Part shown: positions 12,635 through 26,270 of the stretch, one piece after another | Layout: each line of letters begins with the position of its first letter | Position numbering within the stretch: position 1 is the first letter of the stretch | Source: Lama glama | Taxonomy: Eukaryota | Assembly: GCA_028534125.1 (NCBI GenBank) | Contig: CM052817.1 | Span: 107,882,001-107,946,000 of the forward strand | DNA: 64,000 bases | Direction of reading: 5' to 3' | Program-made: the position numbers and the translations under genes | Notes under the pieces: model-generated | The model's input: the letters and a program-made list of their open reading frames with translations, nothing else | The model's database searches: none | What the model was told of the DNA's origin: nothing

Positions 12635-15475
12635 CATGCACACGTGCACACGCCTATTATGTATGTGAACGTAGGAGAGACAGAGTGAGAGAGAGAGAGA
12701 CCTGTGGTTCATTACTCCCTGTTTTCTTTCTCTGACATCACTCGGGTTGAATTCAGAGTGGAGGTGGCCAGCTTGTGTCTAGTCCACTTTCTAGTCATGA
12801 AAGAGAAGTCCAATGATTACCTAATTTCAAATAAAAAAACCAAAAAACAAGAAGACTCTCAGTTCTGTTTTCCCTTGTCCTCTGTGTAAGATTTGATTCT
12901 GCTGACCACTCACTCACTCTCCCTTCTTATCCCACCGCACCATTCTCCTCTGATTCACCTCTGATCAACGGTCCTTCCTACATGTTTCAAGTTAGAATTC
13001 AGCATCTTAACTACGGTACACGAGACCCTGTTGGCGCCTCTCCACTGCCCTGGTACCACGGCACAGCCTTTCCCGAGGCACTGCTCACCACCGTGTGCCT
13101 GTCAGACTCCTCTGTGCTTGTTTTGTTTACAGACATGCTGGTGACGCCCCTTGGAAAATCCCTCTTCCCCACCTTCCTCTCCCTTTCCAGTCTAATCAGG
13201 AAATTCCTTTCTTTTCTAGGAAAAAAAAAAAAAGAATAAAGAGAAAAAAAGCAAAGCTGGCCTGGTCTAGCATGCTGGAACCCCCTCCTCCAGTGCCACG
13301 TTTGACCTCTTCGTTTCTGGTGATGCTCAAGTGTTCGGTCGACATCTCTTCTCCTGTCTCCATGACTCGTGGAGCTCTGGTGGGGCAGAGGCTTTACTCC
13401 ATCAACAATCTGGGGTATACACAAGTTAAGGCAAATATTTGTTACATTAATAAATGTGAAGCACAATAAAAATTTGCAATAAACAAGGTTCTCATAGAAA
13501 TAGACAATTGGTATACTGATGACATAATTTTCATAGAAAAATCAATGTGGTTTCTTTTTGGTGTTTTGTTAAACTTCCACTTTGGAGACAACAATATTGC
13601 CAGCTTTCTACTGGATTAGAACAGTAAGCTGGGATTTTCCAAAGGCATAGATATTGATAGATCAAGAAAATTACGTATCATTGCAGAGTGTTTGTTTACT
13701 TTTATAAAAAATGCTCACTGCACTCATTGATGTTTATAGTGGTATAGTTTTGATACGACTTCGGAAGTTTGAAATGAGGTGACGTTTGAGCATATTTGTG
13801 TCATTGGACAAAACAAAAGCAGCAACGTAAACATGAACGTATCTGAGCTTCGGCTACCTCTTACCCTTTTTGAAATCTCAAAAGTAATTTAGAGAAAGAC
13901 AATCAAGGTGCCCATAACACCATGAGGGAGAGCCCTCATTTCTATACAATTGAACTACTCTTGAAATGCCTTTGTGTTTGAAAAATAAGTTGCTGAAAAG
14001 AACGTCTTCCCTGCGAGAAAACTTAAAACAAGAACACGACTTTCCCCTCTTCCAAGCTGAATGGCGCACTACTGCTTCAGGGGCCCATAAAGAGGTTTAA
14101 CGTCAAAACAAATTTTTAAAAAATCATGTATGATTAATTTAAATCCTTTCCCTATATCCAGTTCACATAATAATGTTTTTCGTTATTTTTCTTAAAATGT
14201 GTGAAATATTAATGCTTAACATTATCATTCTAAGAGGCCCCTCACACTTTTTCTTTCTGATAAGGAGCAACTTCCCTTTAATTAATGCTAAGAAGAAGAA
14301 AGAGTTAGAATTGATTCATGATTAATCGTATTTTCTAAAGACATTTATTTTTATTAAAAGGTAAAAAAAAAAAGCGAACCTGGGTAATTTCCACTTCATT
14401 TGATATGCACTCTCATCATGTTAGTGAGCCGAGCTATTTTGATCCATAAACTACTCCCACTTTAGTTTCTATTATTTTTCTGCATGCTTGACAATTAAGA
14501 CTTTTTTTTTTTACTGCTACCTGCTGCTGAGCTAATTTGCCTGCTGATCATGCTTGTCAGTTTTGTTCTATTTTTATCCCTCTGGAGAGAGACTCATTGG
14601 TCTCTTATTTAACAAGTCCAGCCCCAATGTGGCCGAGGAGAAGCAAACTCATTAAAAATCTGCATCCTGGTGCAAAGCACTGGTTATTTCTAGAGTTTTA
14701 AAAGTTTATCACTTTCAAATCCGTGCCCCAGTTGGATAACAATTCTATGTTGTTATGCTGACTTTAAACAACTGGGCATATTACTAAAAAATGCTGTAGC
14801 TTTTTCATTTAGAAATAAAGTCTCTCTATTTGTCTTTCTGTTCAGCTTCAGCTAATATCATTAAATCCTTATGTAACTATAATGCCGCAGCCTGACTGCC
14901 AGAAGTGAGACAGTGTCAGCATTTTCTTTGTAAACATTCAACCTCGAAGGCTGGTAATAAATCAACCAAAAAATGACATTCTGTGATATACCTAAGAATG
15001 CAAGTTCCCACACGAAAAGTAAGTTGTGTGATTGTTGTTATACAAAAATATAAATATCCCTTTACTGTGATTGTTTTAAATGTCTCAAGGGAAGCTTATG
15101 CTTGAGAAATACAATGATTTTTATTGTGAATGTTTCTTATGGGAGACTGCTTTCTTTCTTATTTCTAAAAGTCATCTTCAATTGCTTTTGTAATCGTAAT
15201 AGTACAACCTTCTTTTTCATGCGCTCCCTAAGTCTCATTCATACCATTCATGCTCTTTTCAACAGAAGTCCCTTGCAAATATTTAGGGGGCATTTCTAAG
15301 TGTCACGTATGATAAAGCTACAACCAAAATGTGCTGCAATCCAAAAGTGCAGGTTTGTTGCATTAGTTGGACTTAATGTCACTTCTGCAAAGTTTTGGAC
15401 ATATTCTGAGCTCTGTAAATAACCCCATTTAAACTTCACATGAAATGTTTAAAATTCTCTACTTAATTTTGATAT

Positions 15476-15982
15476 TGTCGATTGAAATAAAACCACACAA
15501 CATGAGAGTTGTGGGTTAAGGCTTATTTGGAGCAAAATGAGGACTATAGCCCAGGAGACGGCATCCCAGAAAGCTCTGAAAAACTGTCCCAAAGAGGCAG
15601 GGGAAAAACTCAGTTATTATATATGATTTCAGTGAAAGAGGGGACGTGCAGTCAAGCACACACTTAGGCAGAGGCTCCTGCTAGCCATGAGGAGCAGATG
15701 TCGCCCTTAAAGATGTTAGTGCTTTTCTAGATAGGAGGAGATGCAAGAACTGGCGTCATAAAATCTCCTTAAAATATCTAACTATTTGATGGCCTGGTCT
15801 GTTAGTTTTCCCAGACCCCAGAGCGCCCCACTGCTGATCTCCACCCTGAGCTCCTTTCAGGGAGTGTTGGAGGTCAGCGGCTGCAGCGGCTGACGATTTA
15901 ATCCAAACAGAGGTAGATGGCAAGTGCCAACGTGATCCAGTCCTGGTAGAGGGAGAGGACAAGTGGCAGTTTTTGGTTGGCA
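15476..15982 (-). mobile_element. ERV1 solo LTR, MER41-like (cetartiodactyl)
   Basis: TG...CA termini and near-TSD atat/attt. Internal motifs 'aaaatgaggactatagcccaggagac', 'gcttttctagataggaggagatgcaagaa', 'ctccaccctgagctcctttcagggagtgttggaggtcagc' resemble MER41-family LTRs in reverse. Confidence 0.75.
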
Positions 15983-16594
15983 ATTTGCATCTACCTTAAT
16001 GTGCAAATCTTAACTGGTTAGCACTAGGGGCTCTGACCATGGTGTGTATCCCATAAACACCTCTTATTTCAAGATTAAGAACATTTCTACCTCTACAGGG
16101 AGTCTCCTAATGCTTCTTTAGAGTCAATTCTATTCTCCAATGCCTCTTCAATCATTAACTAATTGTTCTGTCTTTGCTATTAATTTTTTAATTTATTTAT
16201 AGATGAATACAATAAATATTTATTAACATTTTTATTAGGGAATAACTTTCACACCTTTAAAATGTCATGTAAATAAAATCATAGAAAAGCTCTCTGGTTT
16301 CTAGGTTTTTCACTCGGCAAGTTGTGCTTTTTTTTTTTTTTTCTGTCTTGCTAAATATTATCCTGCTGTTTATATGGAACACCTCCCTTGCTTACCTGGG
16401 TCATGGCCTAGATGTATGGTTAACTTTATAAATAAATATCAAACAGCTCTCCAAAGGAGCTGAACTATTTCCTACTCTCAGTAATAATGCGTGACAGTAC
16501 CACTTGCTCTACATTCTAACCAACGGTTGACCAGAATCTTTTTGACCATTTGATTTGAGTCATTCTAGTTGCTGTGAAGTTGCATCTTACGATG

Positions 16595-16690
16595 TGGGGG
16601 GAGGGTGTAGCTCAGTGGTAGAGCTGTGTGCTTAGCACACAGCATGCTTAGCTATCCCCAGTAACTCCATTAAAAAACACACACACACAT
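16595..16690 (+). mobile_element. tRNA-derived camelid SINE (vic-1 type), internally rearranged
   Basis: ggggagggtgtagctcagtggtagag head with A box; atccccagtaactccattaaaaa 3' part; B box missing. Confidence 0.85.
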
Positions 16691-17254
16691 AGTTGATTTA
16701 TTGTGGTTACAATTGGCACTTCTCTGGTAAGTAATGATATTAAATACCTTTTCATGTACTTAATATCCGTTCAAAAAGTGTCTATTAAGGACTTTTGCTC
16801 GCTTTTTGTCACATTGTTTATTTTGAGATTGTTTATCTTTAAATTATTTACCTGTAAGTGTTCTTTATGTATGTTCAGGGAACAAGTGCTTTGTTAGATA
16901 TATGTACTGTAAATATTTTTCTCAGTTTTTGGATTACATATCGTTTTTCACAGGTGTCTATTGATGGACAGGGCAGACATTTTTCAGTTTCAAAGACTTC
17001 TAATTTACCAGTTTCATTTTTTCCCCCAGAATTTGTGTTTTGCTGTTTCTGTCTATCTAAAACTTTGTCTTCCTTTAGGAGTGAAAATATTCTGTTTTCC
17101 TTTAGAATCTTTACTAGGTCTAAGATCACTCTTGATCTAATTTTTGTGTTTGAAATGAGCTGAGACTCGAGATTCATTTTTTTCTCCCAATAACAATATC
17201 CAGTTATTCTAAGAACATCTATTTAAAAGACTTAAAGAGATCTTCTTGCTATCG

Positions 17255-18655
17255 ATTTTTTGTGATGTGTGGTTGATTTAATCATCTTCATGTGTGCAGC
17301 ATTAGTGATTCAGCATTTTTGCAGATTATATTCCATTATAAGTTATTACAAGATAATGGATATAATTCTCTGTGTTATACAGTATAACCTCATTGCTTAG
17401 CTATTTTATGTATAGTGCTGTGTATCTGTTGATCCCAGGCTCCTAATTTATCCCACCTCTCTTCCATCTCCCCTTTGGGAACCAAAGTTTGTTTGCCATG
17501 TCTGTGAGTTTGTTTCTGTTTTGCATCCACATTCATTTGAAAATTTTTTTTTATATCCCACATGTAAGTGTCTTTCTCTGACTTACTCACCAAGTACAAT
17601 ATTCACTAAGCTGAGTAGTACTCCATTATATTTAGACCACATCTTCTTTATCCATTTATCTGTTAATGGGCACATGAGTTGCTTCCATATCTCAGCTATT
17701 GTAAACAATGCCACTATAAATGTTGGGGTTCATATGTCTTTTCACATTAGAATTTTCTTTGGATATATGCCCAGAAGTGGGATTGCTGGACCAAATGATA
17801 GCTCTGTTTGTAGTCTTTTAAGAAACCTCCACACTGTTTTCCATAGTGACTACACCAATCTGCATTCCCACCAGCAGTGTAGAAAGGTTCCCTTTTCACC
17901 ACACCCTCTCTAGTATTTATTATTTGTTGACTGATGATAATGATTCCGACAGGTGTGAACTGATATCTTACTGGTGTTTTGATTTGCATTTCTCTAACAA
18001 TTAGCAATGCTGAGTATCTTTTCACATGCTTACTAGCCATCTGTATGTCTTCCTTGGGAAAACGTCTGTTCAGGTCTTCTGTTCATTTTTTGATTGGGTT
18101 GTTTGTCTACTCAATATTGAGTTGTATAAACTGTTTATATATTTTGGATATTAACCCCTTGTTGTTCACATTATTTGCAAACCTACTGTAGTCAAACAAA
18201 ACAACATGGCACCGGCACAAAAACAGACACAGATTAATGGAACAGTGTAGAAGGCCCAGGAATAAACCCATGCACCTTTGGTCAATTAATCTATGACAAA
18301 GGAGGCAAGAATATACAATGGAGAAAAGTCTCTTCAATAAATGGTGCTGGGGAAACTGGACAGCTACATGTAAAAAAATGAGATTTGAACATTTCCTCAC
18401 TCCATATACAAAAATAATCTCAAAATGGCTTAAAGATCTAAATTAAGCCCTGAAACCATAAAACTCCTAGAAAAGAACACAGGCAGAATACTTTTCAACA
18501 TAAATTGTAGGAATTTTTTGGATCTGTCTCTGAAGGCAAAAGAAAGAAAAGCAAAAATAAAAAAAAACGAGACCTAATTAAAGTTAAAAGCTTACACAAA
18601 AAGGAAACTATTGCCAAAACAAAAAGACACTCTACAGAATGGGAGAAAATATTTG
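17255..18655 (-). mobile_element. L1 insertion with 5' inversion (twin priming)
   Basis: 17255-18181 is antisense L1 3' UTR/ORF2 end. 18182-18655 is sense ORF2 ending at gagaaaatatttg, contiguous in L1 coordinates with the start of the antisense part (tttgcaaat). Confidence 0.9.
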
Positions 18656-20074
18656 AAGTCATTTTTAATTTCATACTGTTAGTGGTCAGAGAACATGAAA
18701 AGTGTGATTCCAGTCACTTTAACTTTAATTTAAAAATTTTATGGAAAAGTGTTTTATGGCCCAATATTGATGAATATTTTATGTAAATTTGAAAGAAATA
18801 TTCTCCAGATTTTGCTTGTGATATTCTATCAGTATAAATTATGTCAACTTGACTACTAATATTCAATATTTCTTTAACTTTACTACATTTTGGCAGGGTA
18901 TGCTGTCATCTTCTGGGGGAAATAAATGAAAATATTCTGTTCTTATTGTGTTAAATTTTCTCCCTGAAGTTTTCTCAATTTTTGCTTCATGTAAATGAAG
19001 CTTTATTGTTTGGTATGTGCATACTTAGTATTGTTATGTATTTCTGATGAATTGATCTTTCTATGATTATGAAACGTCTTCCTTTATGTGTCTTTAAGTC
19101 TGTTTTGCCTTATAATTAATACATGTGTTCTCTTAAACTAAGAGTTTATATTGCATGTCTTTTCCTATACCTTTACTTTCATGATGTCTGTGTTTTTTTA
19201 GTTAAATAATAATTCCTGCAAGTAGCATATACTGGATTCAAGCTTTTTGGAGCTCCAGTTTGATAATCTTCTGTTTTTAAATGAAATAGTTAATCCACTT
19301 GTCTTTAATGTAATATTTGATGTGGTCAAGTTTCCCATTGTGGTTATTTGTTTCAGAATTATTCCAGGTTTTCTTTGTTCTTACCTTCCTTCATTTCTCT
19401 TTTGTTCTGGTGAACTTTTCAAGTTGAAAATATTCTACTTCATTTCTTGCATTGGTGTTCTCGGCTATACCTCTGTAATAGTTTCTAGTGACTGCTCTAG
19501 AGTACAGTGTAAAACATTCATACCGTTCCATTTACCTCCTCAGCCCACAACATTGTGTTAATGTTGTCATACATTTTACTACATTTTACATTAAAATTCC
19601 ATGATGTTTACTATTTTTTTACTTTAATATAATCATATTTATTACAGTTTCCAGACTCCCATATGAATATATTATTTTTATTTTTGTTAGAGTAATCGAG
19701 TCTCAATTGATTTTAAAGGCATCTAAGACAAAATATAAATATATATCATATATACTATGTGACATGTGTAAATATAATTACCTATTTATACGTATATATT
19801 TATGTGTACATATTAAACCTGTACATTTACTTTATTTGATAGATTTTTGACAACTTTAATGGACTTGCACTACTTTATTAAAATAATGATCATTTGCTTT
19901 GTGTAAAAGCTTTTAAGAGATTGGTGTTTCACACTAAACTGCTTGTTGTAAAAGATTAAAAATAATGATAATTTTATTTATAAGGGAATATAGTTGCTAG
20001 CAGTTCTACTTTCACTTCTATTGTGTGATCGTTTGTGACTCCAGATGAGGTTCTGCCTTGTCTTCTGCTTGTGA

Positions 20075-20560
20075 GGCCATTGTTGTTGGGTTTTTCAATA
20101 TGCATCCCCAACCCCTTCAAACTAAGTTCTAATCCCCTTTCCTGCAGAGACTGGAAGACTTCAGTCTACATTTCTGAGGCCCTCTTGGAGCAGAGTCCTT
20201 GCTGAGACTTCTATTCTGCTACTGTGACGTACACTTGAATTTGGAACTGAGTCGTGTGGGGAGAGATGCCAGGTGTGAGGATCTATTTTGCTGCTGTGAA
20301 GCAGTAGGCAAGTATGGAGCCAACGCCCAAATTTAGCAAGTAGCAACCTGATCTAGTGGTTCTGAAGCCAATAGCTTCTTAATTCAGTAGCTGTCGCAGG
20401 TAGCTGTTTCTTGGCAGCAAAATTTGACATCGCAAGTTGTTCTTGACGACTCATTTTAGAGTCTATATCTTCAGCCCCTCTAAAGAATTACAATCATTTA
20501 CTATTTTTAAAAATAACTAGAATGGAGTCTACTCATTTTAGCAAAGTCCTGACCATCATA
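20075..20560 (+). mobile_element. Ancient ERVL LTR, LTR33/LTR16-like
   Basis: 'gactggaagacttcagtctacatttctgaggccctcttg' and the terminal 'aataactagaatggagtct...cctgaccatcata' resemble LTR33-family ends; highly diverged. Confidence 0.45.
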
Positions 20561-23500
20561 GGCAAGTTTAGAATTTCTTTTATATGCAGCCAGTTAGCAG
20601 TTACATTATACTAACAAAATTATACTGAACCCGAATGTCTTCGAGACATTTCTAAGATGCTGACCACGAGAGGAATAAAAGTGAAAAAGAAAATGAGGAA
20701 TTTTAAATTTGAGGGAAATGATATGAATTCAACACATTGCTTTATGTATCGGTAGACTTATATAGCATTTTATATCAAAGGTGGTAAAATTATAAAATTA
20801 GGAAAGGTGAAATACACTTAATTTAATTGATGAAACATCTTCCCTTTATTGGGTATCTGAAATAGAAATTGCATGCTTGAGAGACTAAATAAAATGTTTT
20901 ACCTGCTACACTGATGTGGAATGAAAAGGGAGGGAGATATTGCATATTAAGGCGTCAGATGCAGTCACAGACCAGACAAGTCTGAAGACTGGGCCTCTGG
21001 GGAACTGACATTCTCTTTTGCAATGTTACTGTAAACACCAGAAATGTGCCGTGGTTATTTTTCATTGGTTATTTTCTCAGTAAGATCCAGGTCAGTAAGT
21101 GACATGCAGACTGTCAGAAATCAGGAAGCCATGCCTCTCTGTCTGTGTTTTCTCTTAGTTCATATGAAAAATTCTGTGAATTGCCATAGTATCTGCCGTG
21201 AACTTTTCCAGTTGTAAGGTAACAAATTTGAATTGAATATTTCTCAAAATATTTCAATTTTCTCTATATGCTGCCACATTTTCCATACTATTAACTTCTA
21301 TTAAATATCAGCATTCTATTTGCATTTTCTGCTTCTTTCTTTGAATAAATTTGTACTCAACCCAAATCATGTTTCCTTGGGGTCATTAATGCTTATGATT
21401 ATCTTTAGTGTTCCAGATTTCTTCAGTCATGAGTGAATGTTGTATAATGCACCGAAGTTGTCTTCTCTTTATTATGCAGATTTGATTATTCAGTTATAAT
21501 TTAAAAAATTTGATCCATTCATAGTTCTAACATTTTAGAATCACATTCCTGTATTCATACTGGTTGTTAATCATGTGAGCATCCTTAAAATTGTCTGTAG
21601 AGTGATTTCTCCTCTTCCAGATTTTGGGTAGTATTGAAAGTGGACACTCAACTCTTGGCTTTGCCGGGAGAACTGGAAGAATTAGAGTTTTCGTGTTTTC
21701 TGAGTGTACACCCAGGAGTCAGATTGCTGGATCCTATGGTAGCTCTATTCTTCGTGCTTTAAGGAACCTCCATGCTGTTCTCCGTATTGTGAACTGTCTA
21801 ACAGTAAAGGTCTACTCTGCTTGAGCCCTGTGTGAGCAATCTTTTATATTCCTGGCAAAAAAAATTCTAATCCTACATGATACTTAGATATCATCTATAT
21901 TTTTCTTATGCTGGCCTTGATGTTTGGTATTTTTCTGTACAATTTGTATTCATTTTTAGAGTTTCCAGCTCAATGGAATAATCTCATGATCTTTAGCATC
22001 TATGTTCTACAGTTGGATGCCATTTTTATGCCTTCATTTACTTATGACTTTGTTTTTTTTTTTTTCTTGGTCAGTTTTGGTTTTTTAATTTGTCTTTTAG
22101 ATGAACTTCATTGATCACTTCTATTGATCTTCACTGCATAGGGGAGCCTTGTGGATCGCTAGTCTCAGGTCTCAGGAATAGATTTTTATAGCATAGGAAG
22201 CCTCGTTATTTTAGGTGTAAAAATACATAACCCAGAATTCTTTTCAGACGGCAAGTCATGGACATCTTGCTCTATTTCTTTTGTAATTTAATCATTAGTC
22301 TTTAGTTTCGCACAGCTTTGGTTTGACAAATTGATTCACTTTCATAAAACATAGACTTTTACATCCATCAACTCTAATTATAAGCATTATTCCCTTATTA
22401 TAAAAATCCTCTACATTGTCATGGTCCCATTCTTACTGTCAATTTTGTTTACATTCTTATTATGTGGCCTAGAGATTGGTCTGTTTTCCTGATTTTCAAA
22501 AATTAGTTTTATCTTTTATTTACATATTATTTTTTGAATACCACCTCATTAGTTTTTGAATCAATGTATAATCTTTTATCTTTTGTCCTGCTTGCTATTC
22601 TTATTGTTAGTATTACTACATAAACCCTTCAGAGATCGTTTGAAACATTCTCCTAAGTATTTAGGTTCTCAGAAGAGTGTAGACTTTAGCAGAGGAGTGG
22701 GAGGATTTTCTATGGATTTTCTCAGAAAGACAAATGTTTGTCATGTCCTTTGTTCAGTAACTAGTTGAATGCCTTTTGCAGAATGTTTGGGTCCTATTTC
22801 TGTAAACACTCTCCCCTATATATCTCTGATGAGATGAAAATCATGTGATTTTACTAAAAAATATGCTTGGGGGACAGATTGCAATCATACGTAATTACTA
22901 ATAAATATATTAGGTGCACTGGACCCCTGAGCCCATGAGAGATACAAAGGAATCAGAATCTTGCAGTGGAAACCAGAGTCTTTATTTTAGCACATTTCCC
23001 CAGGTGATTCTGATACATAGCCAGACTTCCTTCCCAGTGGCTTTGAACAGTTAAGTCTTTTGCTTATAATATGTAGACATGCATGTGGGATGAATGAGTT
23101 TAACTACTTCCTAACCATATGCAAAACAGAATTTTGAAAAAAGTTTCATTGCTAATCTAAGGCATTAAACGAAGTCCTAAAAGATTCAGACTTTCGCTTG
23201 TTACATTATCTGGTAACTAGTACCTGGAAAGTCTTTGTCTAATCACGGAAAGAGAAAATGGGTTCTGAACGTGTTCAGTTAATGTGAAAATAGAATACAG
23301 AATACAGTTTAACTTTGTGAAGAGAGAACTTCTGTCAGTATATGTGTTGAATTTGAAATGTCTGCATTTTCAAGTCCCTTTGGGAAAACAACTCTGGCTT
23401 TGTTAGCAATGTGGTAGTTGTAACCATAGGAGTGTAAGATTTGAATGACGTTTGAGGGAATTATCCATCTTCTGCCAAACTCTTCATGACCTGTGCTAGT

Positions 23501-24339
23501 TTCAGTGGTCAGTCGTCGCCGCCTCAGAGTCCTAGGGAAGTGATGGGCTTATTCTTGAGACATAAGCATCACTTTCTGCTGATGAGGCTGGTGAGATGTG
23601 ACATGGTGGCCAGCACTCCCTGCTCCTGCTGGCGGAGGTGGCCCCGCTGATTCAGTGTGCTTCAGAAGCACTCCACGAATTCAGCCACATCCCGATCATT
23701 ACAGTTCCCCTTTCTTACTACCTCTGTAATGCCGCAAACTCAAACACATTTTGGATATTCCAAGGTCTTTGGTGCAGAACTTGATGGAAAAGACTATAGA
23801 ATCATACGTAACACACTTGAAATTATATCTGCATTTAAAAATGCCAGCTTTCCTCTGTGATCTAGTGGGCATTCACCACATGTTTGATGAGCTCTCATCT
23901 CATGAAGACTCTTCTGACGGGACATACTGAATCCTGTGTTCCCAAGTTAGAAGCTAGAACCTTGCCAGCCTTCCGGTCGGTGGTCTGCATGACCCGGGCT
24001 CTGGGCATCAGCAGTTGTGCGACACTCACCACTTGGGGAGGTGAGTAGACACAATGTAAACCCATCTTTCCAGTAGGGATGGTGGGGGAGCTTGGGGAAC
24101 ACCGTATCCAGTCGCAAAGGCGTGAGCAGCAGTGGTGGTGACGCTTTCCCTGAAGCAGCCCTCTCGCTGTGGGTGGCTCGCTGGTCTACGCAGCTGGGTT
24201 TGCCTCTCAGCTTCCTTAGAGATGCTCTGAGCTGCCTCATGTCTTCAACCATTTACTGTTATTTAAGATGGAGTCTCATCTCTGCACCACAGAACTCTGA
24301 CCTTCCACGTGCTCTTGCCCTTGCTAACCACATTCCAAG

Positions 24340-24692
24340 GACTTTGATTTCCTTCCTGTCTTCTCAAAGACACCACTTTGTCCCAAGCTCAGGCTCTTCA
24401 TTTCGTGTTCCTTCTGCCTCAAATACAGATGTTCTCAGAGTTCTCTCTCGGCCTCTTCTCTAACAGCACCCTTTCAAAGACGCCGTCCTCACCGCGTCTC
24501 TCTTCTTCTATCCTGTGATCACTAGCACGTTCCTTGCTTGGCTGGCTGGTTGGTCTCTGTTTTTCATGTCTTCCTCACAGCATGAGGACAGGACTCTTAT
24601 TTGTCTTGTTTACTGAAGTATTCTCAGAATCTGCAGCAGAGCCTGGGAAATAGTTGACATTCACTCAATATGAACAAATGAATAAACGAATA
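24340..24692 (+). mobile_element. LINE-2 3' end
   Basis: 'catgaggacaggactcttatttgtcttgtttactg...cagagcctgggaaatag...aaatgaataaacgaat'. Confidence 0.7.
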
Positions 24693-25764
24693 TGCTGAAT
24701 GTACTATTTCACTTTCAAGAGCTGTTTGAGGACAGTGTTAAGAATTCTAGATTTGTACTTCGGTCTAGTAGGAGAAAGAATTGGGAAACCCAAAGGAGAC
24801 TTGAGCTAGAGATAGAAAAAGAGAATATGGAGAACACTGAGGATTTTTTCTAAGGGAAAAATGGTGATGCAAAGGATAAAACCATAATGTAGTCATTTGG
24901 AGAGATTATCAAACATACATTCCTAGCTACACTGTACTGAGAGCCTCACAAGGAATCGCCAGGGAGAAAAGAAGATCTAAGAAATGTAAGATGTTCTTGG
25001 CATTTTAATGTTCAGAAATAGGGGAGAAGAAGAAAGGTTTTTAGAAACGGAAAAAGAAAAGATAAAAAAAAATATGAGTGATGCAGCCCTGACATGGTTG
25101 GAAATAAGTTTTCCCAAGAGCTTACATTACTCTGAGCAAAAAATTTGAAGGCATCCCTTGGGGTAAGTTCTTCACAAGCAGAAATAATTGTTTAGTGTCT
25201 GTGTTCTCAAGTTCATCCTATGAAACAGACGATGAAACACTGATATTCTGGGAGACAACATTAATCGCTGTAAGATTTGATATGTAATCACGGAGTACTA
25301 GGTAATTCCTAATACTGACAAACTTGCAAATGATGTCTCTTCAATCACTTTTCTAATTAGTCAGTAAACATCTTGCTGCTCGTGACCATTCCAATTTAAA
25401 TTGTCAGGCAGTGCTGTCTACCGTTACTCCGCACGTTCTAACCAAAAAAAGAAAAAAGCAATTATGCCAAGATAGCAACTGTAGTTTTGATGATCATGGC
25501 TAATTGGGTAACTGGGCATGATTCACGTTCTATTGCTTATCCCATCAGAATGTAATTACGATAGCATTTTCCACTATCCCATGGGCATATGTATTTCTCT
25601 TCTCTCCAAAAAAATGTAGTGTGTAATATAAATAGGTAAATAAAGTTTCCCTCCTAAGGAGAAGTACAGATTACTTTTTAATTCATGTAGGAGATAGAAA
25701 CTATTACTATAGGCTAAGTGACTACATACATGTTTTCATAGGTAGTAGAATTTATACAGGACAT

Positions 25765-26030
25765 CATAATAAAAACAGGAGGCATTTACTGAACTCATAT
25801 TATGTGCAGGGAATTCTTACCAGGGCGTTACATATATGAACAAGCTTACTCCTCGCCACTACCTTATGAGCTAGCTTCTTTATTATTTCCATGTTATATA
25901 TGAGAAAAGTAAATTTTTGGCAGAGCTAGTGAGTTGTTCAAGTTTAGACAATAAATGAATGATGGGGTCAGGATTTTCACCCAGAAACACTGCCATCAAC
26001 TCTGTGGCCTTAACTGTGGGGCAATACTGC
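25765..26030 (-). mobile_element. MIR SINE
   Basis: 'aataataaaaac...catttactgaactcatattatgtgcagg...tgagaaaagt...atggggtcaggattttcacccag'. Confidence 0.65.
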
Positions 26031-26128
26031 CTTGACGGTGGGACAAGACGGGTTCTGAGTCAGTCCAACTCAGATTTGGGACTTGGAGAGTAGTCCTCAA
26101 CCTCTTTCAAATCTAAAATCTTCATCTA

Positions 26129-26270
26129 GCGGGGAGGGTCGAGCTCAGTGGTAGAGTGCCTGCATGCCAGCGGGGTCCTGGGTTCAATCCCCAGTACCTC
26201 CATTACAAATAAATAAATACCTAATTACTTACCCCCCAGAAGGAAAAGAATTTTAAAAATCTTAAAAAAT
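26129..26270 (+). mobile_element. tRNA-derived camelid SINE (vic-1 type), full length
   Basis: A box (agctcagtgg), B box (ggttcaatcc), aaataaataaatacctaattac...ccccc tail, and TSD aaaa(t)cttcatcta on both sides. Confidence 0.9.

Larger units (their letters stand above)
16000..19700 (-). mobile_element. Old, fragmented L1M-type element hosting younger insertions
   Basis: Degenerate antisense L1 3' end and ORF2 sequence ('gtatggttaactttata', 'tatgtactgtaaatattttt', 'gtggtcagagaacatg', 'ttctgatgaattgatc'). Confidence 0.65.

Noticed and set aside
26129..26205. tRNA gene
   Set aside because: A and B boxes are present, but there is no intact cloverleaf, and the tail and TSD identify it as a tRNA-derived SINE.
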